Source of the DNA: Methanoregula sp. | Lineage (GTDB): Archaea; Halobacteriota; Methanomicrobia; Methanomicrobiales; Methanospirillaceae | Direction of reading: 5' to 3' | Length of the DNA: 64,000 nt | NCBI GenBank assembly: GCA_041645055.1 | Contig: JBAZQT010000001.1 | Span: 7,842-71,841 of the forward strand | The notes under the pieces: model-generated | Databases searched by the model: none | What the model was told of the DNA's origin: nothing | Seen by the model: the letters and a program-made list of their open reading frames with translations, nothing else | Made by a program: the position numbers and the translations under genes | Shown: piece by piece, positions 18,997 to 29,388 of the stretch | Position numbering within the stretch: the first letter of the stretch is position 1 | Layout: each line of letters begins with the position of its first letter

Positions 18997-19460
18997 TGCA
19001 TAAGAAGAACACCCATACCATATCAAAACGTAAATGATTCAGAAAATGCTAACGTATCGTGATTGCGGATGCATCCAAAACAATGTCAAACATGCAGACA
19101 TGCAATAAAAAAAACTCAAAGAACATCCCTTCATGCATATCTCTGCAAAGCCACGGGTTTGATCCGGGAACCTGTACTACCGGCGTTTTGGATATATTGT
19201 TTCGGCTGCCTCTGGTATGACATGAGTCCGTGGATACCGGTAACCGATGACAAAAAACCAAGGTCCGAATAAAAAATTGGCCTGAATGAATACTCAATAC
19301 ATATCAGGCGCACAGGATCTCTGCCAAGTCCGGATTACATCATTAAGAAGCCTCAACAAGAGTTCTCATGCTGCGTTTTTCTGCGGGAACTCCTCAATAT
19401 TTATTCTATTGGACGAAAAACAAAAGAGTATCAGAAGTGTTCCCGGAGAAAAAGCAAACC

Positions 19461-19802
19461 ATGACATTGTGCGAAGTACGAACCAACGGGGATATTACCA
19501 TTGTCGTAATGCCCCTCCAGATTGACCATGTCGCTGCATTGACACTGGACCACGAACTCCACGAATTCGCCATCCGGGGACCTAAAGCCCTGTTTTGCGA
19601 CTTTTCACATACAAAATATATCTCCAGTTCAGGACTCCGGATCATCCTCAAGACCGCAAAGACAGTAAAGGCGGATAATGGCAACTTCGGGGTCTTCTCT
19701 CTTACTCCTTTTGTTGACCATATCTTCTCTATGTCCGGGTTTTCAAAAGTAGTCTCTATCTATGATACCGAAGAGGCAGCAGTCCGGGCTGTTTCACGTT
19801 AA
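19461..19802 (+). CDS. STAS-domain protein (SpoIIAA-like anti-sigma-factor antagonist family)
   Basis: 113 aa counted from the internal ATG at 19461 (the track ORF starts at 19368). The motif DFSHTKYISSSGLRIIL corresponds to the D.S...fIDSSGL phospho-serine loop. The C-terminus ..FSMSGFSKVVSIYDTEEAA is typical. Confidence 0.75.
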   Translation: MTLCEVRTNGDITIVVMPLQIDHVAALTLDHELHEFAIRGPKALFCDFSHTKYISSSGLRIILKTAKTVKADNGNFGVFSLTPFVDHIFSMSGFSKVVSIYDTEEAAVRAVSR

Positions 19803-19891
19803 TACTATCTTTTTAAATCAAAAAAATGTTCAATCAGAGTCCGGAATGAAAAATAGATTCGGGAGCCCGTCAACGTATATCATAGCGCAAC

Positions 19892-20554
19892 TCACTTTGC
19901 GCCCAACATTTTATCTTTCGCTTTCTTCTTCTTCCGCTCCAGGATACTCTTGACCTTCTTCAACCGGAACAGGTCTTCGCGCTCTCGCTCTTCAATGGCA
20001 TTCTTGATGTACTTCGCCTGGCTCTTCAACTCGGGGATCAGGATCTGTTCCAGCGCATTTACCCGGCGGCGGTTCATCTGGATCTCTGCCCCCAGCCGCC
20101 GCATAGCAGTCTCAGTCTCAGCGAGTTGTATAAGCAGATCCAGTTCAGCTTCAAACCGCTCTGCGGTCTCATCGATCCTCCCGCTCGTTGAGATAATACC
20201 ATAGCCCCGTTCAAGCATGCTCTTTGATATCCGTTTTTTCTCAATGACGGGTACCGGGACACCCATGATGTTTTTCCCGGTAATATCAACGGTAATTGAC
20301 TTACGGGTAGCAAATGATGCGGATTTGAGCGTGACCGGATCGTCTACTGCCTGTGCAATCATGAGAGCGAGATCTGCTTCCTTTGAGACCAGTTCCAGTT
20401 CGTCGCGGGAGTTTGAGACCGTGTTTAAGATCTTGAAAAATTCCTGGATGAGTGCATCCATCTTTTCCCGCAGGAGGTCCCTGCCCTGCTCTGCAAGCTT
20501 GATCTGGGCTTTTTTCCGCATCAGCTCCATTCGCGTGGGCTTGACCTGTTCCAT
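19892..20554 (-). CDS. atpD: A-type ATP synthase subunit D
   Basis: 220 aa starting PTRMELMRKKAQIKLAEQGRDLLREK..., the conserved subunit D N-terminus. It is the last gene of the atpK-D unit. Confidence 0.9.
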   Translation of the reverse strand: MEQVKPTRMELMRKKAQIKLAEQGRDLLREKMDALIQEFFKILNTVSNSRDELELVSKEADLALMIAQAVDDPVTLKSASFATRKSITVDITGKNIMGVPVPVIEKKRISKSMLERGYGIISTSGRIDETAERFEAELDLLIQLAETETAMRRLGAEIQMNRRRVNALEQILIPELKSQAKYIKNAIEEREREDLFRLKKVKSILERKKKKAKDKMLGAK

Positions 20555-20557
20555 ACC

Positions 20558-21964
20558 TCAGCCTCCGCTTTGTTCCTTATACGTGGGATGATATTTTTTA
20601 ATGTACTCCCGTTTTATCCGTTTAAGCTCATCTTCGGGAAGCATGGCAAAAAGATCCCATGCAATCTTAAACGTATCTTCTATCGACCGGTCGTCATCTC
20701 CCTGCGATATGAACTCCTTTTCAAACCCGTCTGCTAACTTCAGATATTTTTTATCCAGTTCGGTCAAGGCTTCTTCCCCGACGATCGCAACGAGCCGGCG
20801 CAGGTCCCGTCCGTATGCGTACGATGCGTAGAGCTGATCAGCTACACCACGGTGATCTTCCCGGGTCTTGCCCGGGCCGATCCCTAAGTTCATGAGCCGG
20901 GACAGGCAGGGAAGGGCATCGACCGGCGGATCTGCACCCCGGCGGAAGAGATCCCGTGACAAGACGATCTGCCCCTCGGTGATATACCCGGTGAGGTCAG
21001 GAACCGGGTGGGTGATATCATCGTCAGGCATCGTCAGGATTGGGATCTGGGTGATCGACCCGCTCTTTCCTTTCAGCCTGCCTGCCCGCTCGTAGATAGA
21101 GGAAAGGTCCGTATACATGTAACCGGGATAACCCCTGCGACCGGGCACTTCCTCCCGAGCAGTCGAGATCTCCCGGAGGGCTTCGCAGTAATTGATCATG
21201 TCCGTTAAGATCACCAGTACGTGCAGGTTGTGGGTGAACGCGAGGTACTCTGCAACTGTCAGCCCGCATCGCGGGGCTGCGAGCCGCTCGACGGTTGGAT
21301 CATCCGCGAGGTTCATAAAAAAGACTACCCGTTCGAGCGCCCCGGTCCGCTCAAAGTCCCGCATAAAGAAGGACGCCTCCTTGTGGGTGATACCCATGGC
21401 AACAAAGACCACGGCAAATTTCTCACCCTCACCCCGGACTTTTGCCTGCCGGGCGATCTGGGCAGCAAGTTTGCTTGCAGGAAGGCCTGAGCCGGAAAAT
21501 ATCGGGAGTTTTTGTCCCCGTACAAGGGTGTTGAGCCCATCTATTGCCGACATGCCGGTCTGGATGAAATCCGCGGGTTTGTCCCGGGCCGAGGGGTTAA
21601 TAGGTGTTCCGGCGATATCGAGAATCGCCTCCGGTATGATCTCCGGGCCACCGTCACGGGCTTTTCCCACACCACTGAAGACCCGGCCCAGCATATCCAG
21701 CGACACATTGATCCGGGCGGGTTCACCGGTGAACCTGACGGATGTATCGGTTGTATCAATACCCCGGGTGCCTTCATACACCTGGATGACCGCATGTTCT
21801 TCGGAGATATCAAGCACCTGCCCGGTCCGTACCTCACCATCCCGCAGGGTGATCCGGACGATCTCGCCAAAGGAGGCGCCTTTGACATTTTTAACAAAGA
21901 TTAATGGACCTGAAACATAATCGATCGTCTTATACTCTTTTGTTACCAGCGAGACGGGTTTCAT
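20558..21964 (-). CDS. atpB: A-type ATP synthase subunit B
   Basis: 468 aa. Non-catalytic subunit pattern (..[12 protein letters not shown].., ..[14 protein letters not shown]..). Confidence 0.95.
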   Translation of the reverse strand: MKPVSLVTKEYKTIDYVSGPLIFVKNVKGASFGEIVRITLRDGEVRTGQVLDISEEHAVIQVYEGTRGIDTTDTSVRFTGEPARINVSLDMLGRVFSGVGKARDGGPEIIPEAILDIAGTPINPSARDKPADFIQTGMSAIDGLNTLVRGQKLPIFSGSGLPASKLAAQIARQAKVRGEGEKFAVVFVAMGITHKEASFFMRDFERTGALERVVFFMNLADDPTVERLAAPRCGLTVAEYLAFTHNLHVLVILTDMINYCEALREISTAREEVPGRRGYPGYMYTDLSSIYERAGRLKGKSGSITQIPILTMPDDDITHPVPDLTGYITEGQIVLSRDLFRRGADPPVDALPCLSRLMNLGIGPGKTREDHRGVADQLYASYAYGRDLRRLVAIVGEEALTELDKKYLKLADGFEKEFISQGDDDRSIEDTFKIAWDLFAMLPEDELKRIKREYIKKYHPTYKEQSGG

Positions 21965-23700
21965 CGTTCCACCTCCAGAGACATCAGCTGCCGATCGATT
22001 TCACCGATCATGTCCTGGATCTGGTTGATCTCCTGGATCTCTTTCATTCGCCCGATATCTGCTTTTAAGGAAAGGCCCTGCACCTGTTTGAGCGTTATGC
22101 CCCGGTTCATCCCTTCGATCACGCTGGCATAGTAGGTCATGATCACCTTGAGCATCAGGTACTGTTTTTCAATGGGGCAGAATGAATCCGTGTCGCTATA
22201 AGCGCTCTGCTGGAGGAAGTCCTCACGAATCATCCTCGTCACATCGAGAATCACCTTCTCGCTTTCCGGCAGGGCATCCGGGCCCACCAGCTGGACAATT
22301 TCCTGCAGCTCGACTTCCTTTTGTAACAGGTACATGGTTTTTTCCCGCAGTTCCCGCCAGTCGGGTGCCACATTTTTCGTATACCATTCCCCAATGCTGT
22401 CCAGGTACAGCGAGTAGCTCTTGATCCAGTTTACTGATGGAAAATGCCGGCGGTATGCTAAGTTGGTATCCAGTGCCCAGAATGTCCCGACAACCCGCAG
22501 CGTATTCTGGGTGATCGGTTCAGAGAAGTCCCCGCCCGGGGGTGATACTGCACCGACAACAGTAATGGAGCCGTTCCGTTCTCCCGTACCAAGGCACACG
22601 ACCCGGCCCGCCCGTTCGTAGAACGCGGAAAGCCGGGTGGCAAGATACGCAGGATAACCCTCTTCACCGGGCATCTCCTCAAGGCGTCCTGACACTTCGC
22701 GCAGTGCCTCACCCCACCGGGAGGTCGAGTCTGCCATCAGGGCAACATCGTACCCCATGTCCCGGAAATATTCTGCAATGGTGATGCCGGTATAGATCGA
22801 CGCCTCCCGTGCAGCAACCGGCATGTTGGAAGTATTTGCAATGAGGATCGTCCGCTGGATTAAGGGAAGATTGGTCCGGGGGTCAACCAGTTCGGGGAAC
22901 TCTTCAAGAACGTCAGTCATCTCGTTGCCCCGTTCACCGCACCCGATGTACACCACAATCTGTGTATCGGACCATTTGGCAAGCGTTTGCTCAGATACCG
23001 TCTTTCCCGTCCCAAAACCTCCCGGGATCATTGCCGTCCCACCTTTGGTGACCGGAAAGATACAGTCAAAGACCCGCTGGCCGGTGATCAGAGGAAGGAC
23101 CGGATCGAGTTTTTTCATGTGCGGCCGTGGAATCCTGACCGGCCAGACCTGCATCATAGAGAGATGGATTTTCGTATTGAGCGTGCATATTATTTCTTCA
23201 ACGGTAAACTGCCCGCTCCGGATATCGGTGACGGTACCGGAAACATTGTGTGGCACAAGGATCCGGTGTTCGAAATGAAATTCCTTTACAGTTCCTAAAA
23301 TATCTCCCGTAGTGACCGTGTCACCGATCTTAACGGTAGGAACAAACTCCCACTTTTTCTCGCGGTTGAGCCCGGGTGCCGATATACCCCGGGCAATAAA
23401 ATCCCCGCAGAGTTCTAAAAGCACCGGCAGCGGGCGCTGCACCCCATCATAGATGGAGGCAAGGAGCCCGGGCCCGAGTTCGACCGAGAGAGGTTTTTCG
23501 GTATTTTCAACAGGCTCACCGGTCATAAGACCGGTAGTGTCTTCATAGACCTGAATAACCGCATCTTCTCCTTCAAGGCGGATAATCTCCCCCCGGAGCG
23601 CCTCCTCACCAACCTTGACCACATCATACATCTTTGACCCTTTCATACCATGGGCAATGATGACGGGTCCGGAAATTCGCAAAATGGTTCCTGTAATCAT
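21961..23700 (-). CDS. atpA: A-type ATP synthase catalytic subunit A
   Basis: 579 aa. Walker [10 protein letters not shown], ..[11 protein letters not shown].., ..[10 protein letters not shown]... Overlaps atpB by 4 nt. Confidence 0.95.
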   Translation of the reverse strand: MITGTILRISGPVIIAHGMKGSKMYDVVKVGEEALRGEIIRLEGEDAVIQVYEDTTGLMTGEPVENTEKPLSVELGPGLLASIYDGVQRPLPVLLELCGDFIARGISAPGLNREKKWEFVPTVKIGDTVTTGDILGTVKEFHFEHRILVPHNVSGTVTDIRSGQFTVEEIICTLNTKIHLSMMQVWPVRIPRPHMKKLDPVLPLITGQRVFDCIFPVTKGGTAMIPGGFGTGKTVSEQTLAKWSDTQIVVYIGCGERGNEMTDVLEEFPELVDPRTNLPLIQRTILIANTSNMPVAAREASIYTGITIAEYFRDMGYDVALMADSTSRWGEALREVSGRLEEMPGEEGYPAYLATRLSAFYERAGRVVCLGTGERNGSITVVGAVSPPGGDFSEPITQNTLRVVGTFWALDTNLAYRRHFPSVNWIKSYSLYLDSIGEWYTKNVAPDWRELREKTMYLLQKEVELQEIVQLVGPDALPESEKVILDVTRMIREDFLQQSAYSDTDSFCPIEKQYLMLKVIMTYYASVIEGMNRGITLKQVQGLSLKADIGRMKEIQEINQIQDMIGEIDRQLMSLEVER

Positions 23701-23704
23701 ACCA

Positions 23705-24025
23705 TCACCTCTTCAAAACGATATTGTACCCGATTGCTTTTCTTAAGAGCCGTTCTATGTACGTTCTCCGGTCAACCTCTTTGGATTTCGAGGGTATCGG
23801 GATGATGAGCGGGCGGTGCATCTTCTCAATCCGGTCCATCAGTTTCTCATCTAAGGAGAGCATGAACTCCTCATTCACCGCCACAATACCGATGTCATCC
23901 TTGTACAGCAGCGGGGGGATCACTTTTCGGGCTTCATCCATAGTACCCGCTTCAAGGACCTCGACTCCGGCAAGGCGGAACCCGGATGCACGATCCCGGT
24001 CAGTAACAACTACGAATTTATACAT
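23705..24025 (-). CDS. atpF: A-type ATP synthase subunit F
   Basis: 106 aa (..[27 protein letters not shown]..) in the conserved position between C and A. Confidence 0.85.
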   Translation of the reverse strand: MYKFVVVTDRDRASGFRLAGVEVLEAGTMDEARKVIPPLLYKDDIGIVAVNEEFMLSLDEKLMDRIEKMHRPLIIPIPSKSKEVDRRTYIERLLRKAIGYNIVLKR

Positions 24026-25076
24026 ACACCAGCTCCTCTTTCAGCTGATCCAAGGGAAAATCTGCCGTCTTGCACCGGGAGATGATACGGATGTTGGTGA
24101 TCTCGTTGTATTTTGCCCAGAAATACCCGATAACAGAAGCCACGCTTAAGGGATCTCCTAAAAAAGCGCTCACACCTTGTTGAACCAGGAATTTTTCTAA
24201 TTGTTTTTCGATAACCGAGATCTTCTGGGTTCTCAAGGCGGAAGGCGGCAGTGCTGCAAGGAAACGGTAGGGGGTTTTTTTCAGATCTTCTACAACATCT
24301 TCAATCGAATGCAGGGAGAGCAGGTAGTCAAGCTTGCGTTCATCAAATTCCCTGCCGCCGCTGATGAGAAATTTTTTTGCCTCCTCCGGATCGATATGAT
24401 CCCGGATCATCCGAAGGATCGTCCTGAGGTTCACGACATCAATCTCTAACGAAATGATATTCCTTATGAGCCCGTTGTTGTAGCCGGGAATCTTAACCTG
24501 TTCGAGCGCGTCAGTATAATAGTATTCATCCAGTGCGCACTCAAGCAGGGCAAGATCTCCGGTCTTTGCAAACTCCGGGTATTCCCCGGTTAGGGGTTTG
24601 GAATACCGGATATTCCATGTAGCAAGCATATCGATAACTGCCCTGACATCCGGTTGCCGGACGAGTTCGATTACGGTGGCTTCATCCAGTTCCCCGGCAG
24701 GTACGAGACAATCGAGGATCTCTTCATTCGTGATATGGATATTTTTACCGCGGAGGATCGTTTTTATGTTCTGGACATCCCAGCGATGCAGGAAGATGGT
24801 GATGTACTTTTCCGCTTCTTCCTCCTTGACAAACTGGAGAATCTTTCTAAAGGTTCGTGTAAAATTTTTTCGGAGGGCATATTCAATGCAGAGCACCCCT
24901 GAGTACTGGACTTTTGCTTCGATGATATCAGATTTGTAAGGTGTCTTTTCGAGCTCAGCAATGAGAGACTCAAGATCCGGTTGCAATACCAGGTTGTCGA
25001 GGGCGCGCCGGTCCAGCAGGCGACTTTTCATCCCCCGCATCCGTGCGTTGATGTACCCCCAGTCCATCTCAATCAC
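24018..25076 (-). CDS. atpC: A-type ATP synthase subunit C (V-type d homologue)
   Basis: 352 aa all-helical protein. N-terminus WGYINARMRGMKSRLL is characteristic of this subunit. Confidence 0.9.
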   Translation of the reverse strand: MIEMDWGYINARMRGMKSRLLDRRALDNLVLQPDLESLIAELEKTPYKSDIIEAKVQYSGVLCIEYALRKNFTRTFRKILQFVKEEEAEKYITIFLHRWDVQNIKTILRGKNIHITNEEILDCLVPAGELDEATVIELVRQPDVRAVIDMLATWNIRYSKPLTGEYPEFAKTGDLALLECALDEYYYTDALEQVKIPGYNNGLIRNIISLEIDVVNLRTILRMIRDHIDPEEAKKFLISGGREFDERKLDYLLSLHSIEDVVEDLKKTPYRFLAALPPSALRTQKISVIEKQLEKFLVQQGVSAFLGDPLSVASVIGYFWAKYNEITNIRIISRCKTADFPLDQLKEELVYV

Positions 25077-25653
25077 CAGAAAGAATAGAATAAATCTCCA
25101 GTTTTTTTCGTTCTTTTGCCCGCTCCAGCCGGGACTCCACGGTATTTGAAATGATTACCGATCTATCGGGCAGGCTTGCCACAAGTCCTCCGGCAGAAGT
25201 GAGATCCGGAATAATATCTGCATGGATGTTTAGAGAGGCAAGCGTCTTCCTGCAGAGCTCTTCATCCCGTTTGTCCACCTGGATACAAAATGTATCCACA
25301 CAAAGAGCCCCTGCTGCATCCATGAGAAATTTTTTGAAAATTTCCGGGTATTCCGGGTCGTTTCTCAAGTTCGACAGCTGAAGACTGGCGTCGTTAAACG
25401 CTGATGCAAAAAGGTGTTCCCTGATCTTTATCAGGTGTGCCTTATTCTCGGCTTTTGCAAGGTACATGAGTTTATTCTTCTCAAATCCCGCTGCCATTTC
25501 TGCATCGGAGATCTGCGATTGCCGTATCAGTTCTGCCTGCTCGCGTGCCTTTTTTCTGACACTCTCGACAGTAACGCGTGCATTTTCTAAAAGTTCCTTC
25601 TCCTTCTCCTGTGCACTTTCGTCAACTGACTTTAACAGGTTTTCATAAGCCAC
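25069..25653 (-). CDS. atpE: A-type ATP synthase subunit E
   Basis: 194 aa. N-terminal E/K-rich coiled coil plus a C-terminal globular domain (..GGLVASLPDRSVIISNTVESRLE..). Confidence 0.85.
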   Translation of the reverse strand: MAYENLLKSVDESAQEKEKELLENARVTVESVRKKAREQAELIRQSQISDAEMAAGFEKNKLMYLAKAENKAHLIKIREHLFASAFNDASLQLSNLRNDPEYPEIFKKFLMDAAGALCVDTFCIQVDKRDEELCRKTLASLNIHADIIPDLTSAGGLVASLPDRSVIISNTVESRLERAKERKKLEIYSILSGD

Positions 25654-25737
25654 AAAACAACACCCGCCTTTTTTCCGTTACCGGAAAAAACCGGAATGAA
25701 TGTCGGGGAACTCCCGGCTTTTCCGAAATCTTCGATA

Positions 25738-25956
25738 TTACTTAACCATCAGGATAATCATTGCAGCAACGACAAAACCTAAGATCACCAGTGTTTCGGG
25801 AATTGCTTCAAGAATAATGATCGACCCGGCAGTTTCCGGGCGCTCGGCTATAGCACCAGCCCCGGCTGAACCTATTCGTGACTGTGCCCAACCCGTCCCG
25901 ATAGCGCCGGCAGCAAATGCAACTGCTGCTCCAATGGGTACTTCCCAACCAACCAT
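25738..25956 (-). CDS. atpK: A-type ATP synthase proteolipid subunit K (c subunit), single hairpin
   Basis: 72 aa with two TM helices. G/A-rich helix 1 (GAIGTGWAQSRIGSAGAGA) and the ion-binding carboxylate in LEAIPET of helix 2. GGAGGT lies 9-14 nt upstream of the ATG. Confidence 0.9.
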   Translation of the reverse strand: MVGWEVPIGAAVAFAAGAIGTGWAQSRIGSAGAGAIAERPETAGSIIILEAIPETLVILGFVVAAMIILMVK

Positions 25957-25996
25957 TCTTTGATACCTCCCAATGATACAACCTAACAGGTTAACC

Positions 25997-26004
25997 TATA
26001 TTAA
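25997..26004 (-). promoter_or_regulatory. TATA-like box upstream of atpK
   Basis: The reverse strand reads TTAATATA about 41-48 nt upstream of the atpK ATG. This fits an independent promoter for the atpK-D unit. Confidence 0.35.
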
Positions 26005-26068
26005 TGTATGGGGAAACGGCAGGCAATAAAAAAACAGATTTCGTCGGTAGCTAGCTTCCACCGCGACA

Positions 26069-26389
26069 CTACCCAAGGATTTCATCCAAGCGGGCGAGTG
26101 TTTCCGGAGTCATACACTTTTGAGTAAGCCCCTCTTTTGCAATAGCGATAATGGATACAAGATCTGCATGTGATAGCGTGGAAAAGCAGTAATCGTTCCA
26201 GCTGTCCCGGTCAACACTGATCCAGATCTCCCCTAATACATCACGGAGGAGAGCACAATCCTCCGCAGAAAAACATTGCCAGTCCTCACCAAAGCTGCGA
26301 CGTATCTTTTCATACGCATCTTCAACGGCTTTTTCCTTCTGGATCTGGAATCGCCGTCTGCCAAGACTTTCTTCAGTGCTGCGGGTCAT
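26069..26389 (-). CDS. Small hypothetical protein (paralogue of 26564-26899)
   Basis: 106 aa, ATG start. Shares the pattern GRR....EK.VE.A...I....G..W..FS..D..LL...L...W...D...W with its divergent neighbour. Confidence 0.6.
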   Translation of the reverse strand: MTRSTEESLGRRRFQIQKEKAVEDAYEKIRRSFGEDWQCFSAEDCALLRDVLGEIWISVDRDSWNDYCFSTLSHADLVSIIAIAKEGLTQKCMTPETLARLDEILG

Positions 26390-26563
26390 GGATTGTTACT
26401 GGTGGGAATTATACCCGTACCGGGATATATTGTTTTTGCAAGTTCCGTTGTCAGATCCATTCTCTCCCATGATATTGGTTTTTTCTTGGAACTTCCCTTC
26501 TCCACAAAGTATATGCTGGGAGAATGGAATTCATTCAACATACCCGCATGTGTGTGGGAGGAG

Positions 26564-26899
26564 ATGCAAATGCCAGATGTTACGCAGGCTGAGGTGGGAC
26601 GGCGACTGTACCATGTTCACCGTGAGAAACTTGTGGAAAGCGCGATCAAATTGATCCAGCAGGGTCTGGGAACAGAGTGGAAGTCATTTTCTGAAGATGA
26701 GATTCTCCTCCTCGGGCACCTTCTGCAGTGTACATGGAACACGATCGATCAGAAGATCTGGGATAAAATATTGTTTGCCAACGTCACAAAGAGCGATGTC
26801 CTGAAGATTCTTACCTATGGCAAAGGAGTTGGCCCGGGAAAGAATCCCGACCAGGCTGCAGTTGCTGAAATTAAGAAGATCCTGCTTGCAGTGCGGTAA
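26564..26899 (+). CDS. Small hypothetical protein (paralogue of 26069-26389)
   Basis: The track ORF 26276-26899 has an implausible N-terminal extension. An internal ATG at 26564 is preceded by GGGAGGAG and gives 111 aa that align along their length with the 106-aa neighbour. Confidence 0.6.
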   Translation: MQMPDVTQAEVGRRLYHVHREKLVESAIKLIQQGLGTEWKSFSEDEILLLGHLLQCTWNTIDQKIWDKILFANVTKSDVLKILTYGKGVGPGKNPDQAAVAEIKKILLAVR

Positions 26900-26983
26900 G
26901 TACCATTTTTTGTCAATAACCGGGATTGGAGGGACGTACACTATTTCCAATCGGGTCTGGCTGCACTAGGGGAGGATAAAACA

Positions 26984-28156
26984 TTACTCCGTTGCAACCG
27001 TCACGCATTCTTCAATCGTCCCAATCCTCGCAACAGCCCCGCACATATCCGGCACATAGGCAAGCGCTTTACCACTGTTCACCATGATAGCGGAGTACTG
27101 CTCCATCACCGGAGACACTACCATACAGGTGTCGGCAAAGACCCGGGCACCACTCTTCTCAATTGAGTCAACCGTCTTCCGGTTCTGGTCAATGACACCC
27201 TGCGCGGCAAATACGTAGAGGGGCTTTGTTACATTTTTACCGGTAAGCAGCCCGGCAATCGTAGTGAGTTCTGCAGGTGAGCAGTGCGGGCAGCCAACCG
27301 CAACAGCATCAACCGGCAGATCCTTGAACAAAGCTTCGATCTCACCGGATTCCACCGCAATGACTTCAAGACCGGAGAAATCGAATGGGATCTTCAATGC
27401 CTCAGGTGTGATACCCTCGACGTGATACAGGGCCACGGCACCGGTTGCAGCCATCGCAGCCCCAAGTGCCTTGAGCCGGTCGCTGTCCGGATTGAGACCC
27501 GAGAAGAACGGGATGCGATTGCCCACCAGTTTGCCGGTATGGTAACCGAGCGCTCCGTAGTGCGCAATGCTCCAGTCGCGGGTATCGGCCTGTACACGGA
27601 CAATCACCTGCGGTTTCCGGTTCTCCGCAAGGTGCAGACCATAGCAGGGCGTCTTTCCGATCAGTGCGGCAGCAAGGGCCCCGGGCCCGCCTTCGCGGTT
27701 CGTCCGGGCACCGATCACCGAGTTTGCATAGCTGACCGCGGATGATTCAGACCATGCAAGGTGATCCCCGTACGAGGTTTCCCGCAGATAATAGGGAGTA
27801 CAGGTGCATTCGAGGCCGATACCGAGCCGCTCGTAGGCAGCAACCACGGCCTGCTGCTTCCTGGCAAAATCCTCGTTGACCCCCATCTCCTGCCAGCGTT
27901 CCCGGGGCATACCGATGGGATTTAAGACCGCCGGGACTACCGCCTTTGCATCGAGAGATGAGAGCCACTGGAGGCCATATTCCCCGATCGTCTTGTAGGA
28001 TGCCCCGCTCACCTGGGCACTCCGGATAGGGACAAGTCGTTCCGCACCGAAAACCTTACCGAGTGCAACGAGAAGCTCGAGCATCTTCGCCTTTGTCTCT
28101 CCCTGCTCTCCTGCAAGAATCCGTTCATCACTGGGATCGAGGTACATCACGGTCAC
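26984..28156 (-). CDS. Aconitase X catalytic-domain protein (DUF521); probable phosphomevalonate dehydratase large subunit
   Basis: 390 aa. N-terminus YLDPSDERILAGEQGETKAKMLELLVALGKVFGAERLVPIRSAQVSGASYKTIG is typical of the AcnX large subunit. It is followed directly by UbiD-like and UbiX genes on the same strand, with overlap. Confidence 0.85.
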   Translation of the reverse strand: MTVMYLDPSDERILAGEQGETKAKMLELLVALGKVFGAERLVPIRSAQVSGASYKTIGEYGLQWLSSLDAKAVVPAVLNPIGMPRERWQEMGVNEDFARKQQAVVAAYERLGIGLECTCTPYYLRETSYGDHLAWSESSAVSYANSVIGARTNREGGPGALAAALIGKTPCYGLHLAENRKPQVIVRVQADTRDWSIAHYGALGYHTGKLVGNRIPFFSGLNPDSDRLKALGAAMAATGAVALYHVEGITPEALKIPFDFSGLEVIAVESGEIEALFKDLPVDAVAVGCPHCSPAELTTIAGLLTGKNVTKPLYVFAAQGVIDQNRKTVDSIEKSGARVFADTCMVVSPVMEQYSAIMVNSGKALAYVPDMCGAVARIGTIEECVTVATE

Positions 28157-29388
28157 CAGACGGCACGCGAGAAATCGGCCTCGCGACCGAGCACCATCGT
28201 TGCATCCACACCGATTTTTACATTCGTACCGTCTTCGAGCTGGCAGGGATCAAGCGATGAGCCCCGGACTCCGGTAATGACCATAATATCCCGGTCACCA
28301 CTCACCCGGGTTGCAATCGCGTACTCCACGTCATGGGGATCGTTGGGATCGATATCTTCATCCACCACAACCACGTGTTTGAGCGAGGTATGGGCGGCAA
28401 ATGCAGCCATGATAGCATTCTTGCCATCGCCCTGCGTGCTCTTCTTAATCTGTATCACCGCGTGGAGATACCCGCACCCGCCCTTGGTGAGCACAACGTT
28501 GCGTACTTCCGTGACGCCTGCCACTGCCTTGTAGATCTTAGGTTCATACGGTGCGCCCATCAGGATCTTATGTTCATCACCGCCGGGCAGGATACCATGA
28601 TAGATGCAATCCGGCTGGGTGTACATTCCGGTGAATTCAATGATGTGCTGCATCCGGATTGGATCATAGGTCCCGGTGATGTCAACGAATGGTCCTTCCT
28701 CGGTTAGATCGCCCGTGATAAACCCTTCCAGAACGATCTCGGCATCCGGGACCAGCACCCCGTTGCTGCACCGGTGCACCTTCATCTCCCCGCCCATCAG
28801 TTCTGCGGCAAACGGGAGTTCCATCGCCGTCGGAACGCGGGTGCAGCTCGCAAAAGTTACTGCCGGATGAGTCCCAATCGTGATGGCGATAGGGAGTGTC
28901 TCCCCCTTCGCAAGCGCTTTTTTGAGCATCACATGCGTATGCCGGCCTTCCACGAGCCGGGCAGCTACACGGTGATCATCAAGAACCTGCATCCGGTGGA
29001 TCGAAGCATTCTCAACACCATCCCAGCGTGAGAAGACGATTGCAGACGTAAGGTATTTTCCTGCATCCTTGGGGAAGTGGTGCATGATGGGGATGCGGGT
29101 AAGATCAGGCTTTTCCATCTTCAGCGGGCCGGCCTCGACAACCTTACCATCAAATTTTGCATCGGCAAGCGTTTTGACAATCTTCTTTTCATCAATGCCA
29201 AGGGCAAGGGAGAGCGAAGTCCGGCTGGCGGTGAGGTTCATCACGGCACGTTTTCCCTCAATATTATGAAAGAAGAGGAGCTTGTCAGTGGTGCTCGCCA
29301 TCTTTGCTGCCTGCATATCGGTAGAGACCTGCTCCTTTACATCGATAACAAGTCCCTTATTTCGCATTTTTTCAATGAATTCACGCAT
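28153..29388 (-). CDS. UbiD-family decarboxylase; probable trans-anhydromevalonate-5-phosphate decarboxylase
   Basis: 411 aa from ATG 29388 (MREFIEKMRNKGLVIDVKEQV; the track ORF is extended to 29475). UbiD-like throughout. Overlaps the AcnX gene by 4 nt and ubiX by 8 nt. Confidence 0.85.
   Translation of the reverse strand: MREFIEKMRNKGLVIDVKEQVSTDMQAAKMASTTDKLLFFHNIEGKRAVMNLTASRTSLSLALGIDEKKIVKTLADAKFDGKVVEAGPLKMEKPDLTRIPIMHHFPKDAGKYLTSAIVFSRWDGVENASIHRMQVLDDHRVAARLVEGRHTHVMLKKALAKGETLPIAITIGTHPAVTFASCTRVPTAMELPFAAELMGGEMKVHRCSNGVLVPDAEIVLEGFITGDLTEEGPFVDITGTYDPIRMQHIIEFTGMYTQPDCIYHGILPGGDEHKILMGAPYEPKIYKAVAGVTEVRNVVLTKGGCGYLHAVIQIKKSTQGDGKNAIMAAFAAHTSLKHVVVVDEDIDPNDPHDVEYAIATRVSGDRDIMVITGVRGSSLDPCQLEDGTNVKIGVDATMVLGREADFSRAVW

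Noticed and set aside
21192-21920. 242-aa + strand ORF (and other + ORFs across 20.2-23.3 kb)
   Set aside because: It is antisense to atpB and atpA, with Ser/Arg/Pro-rich mirror-frame translations.
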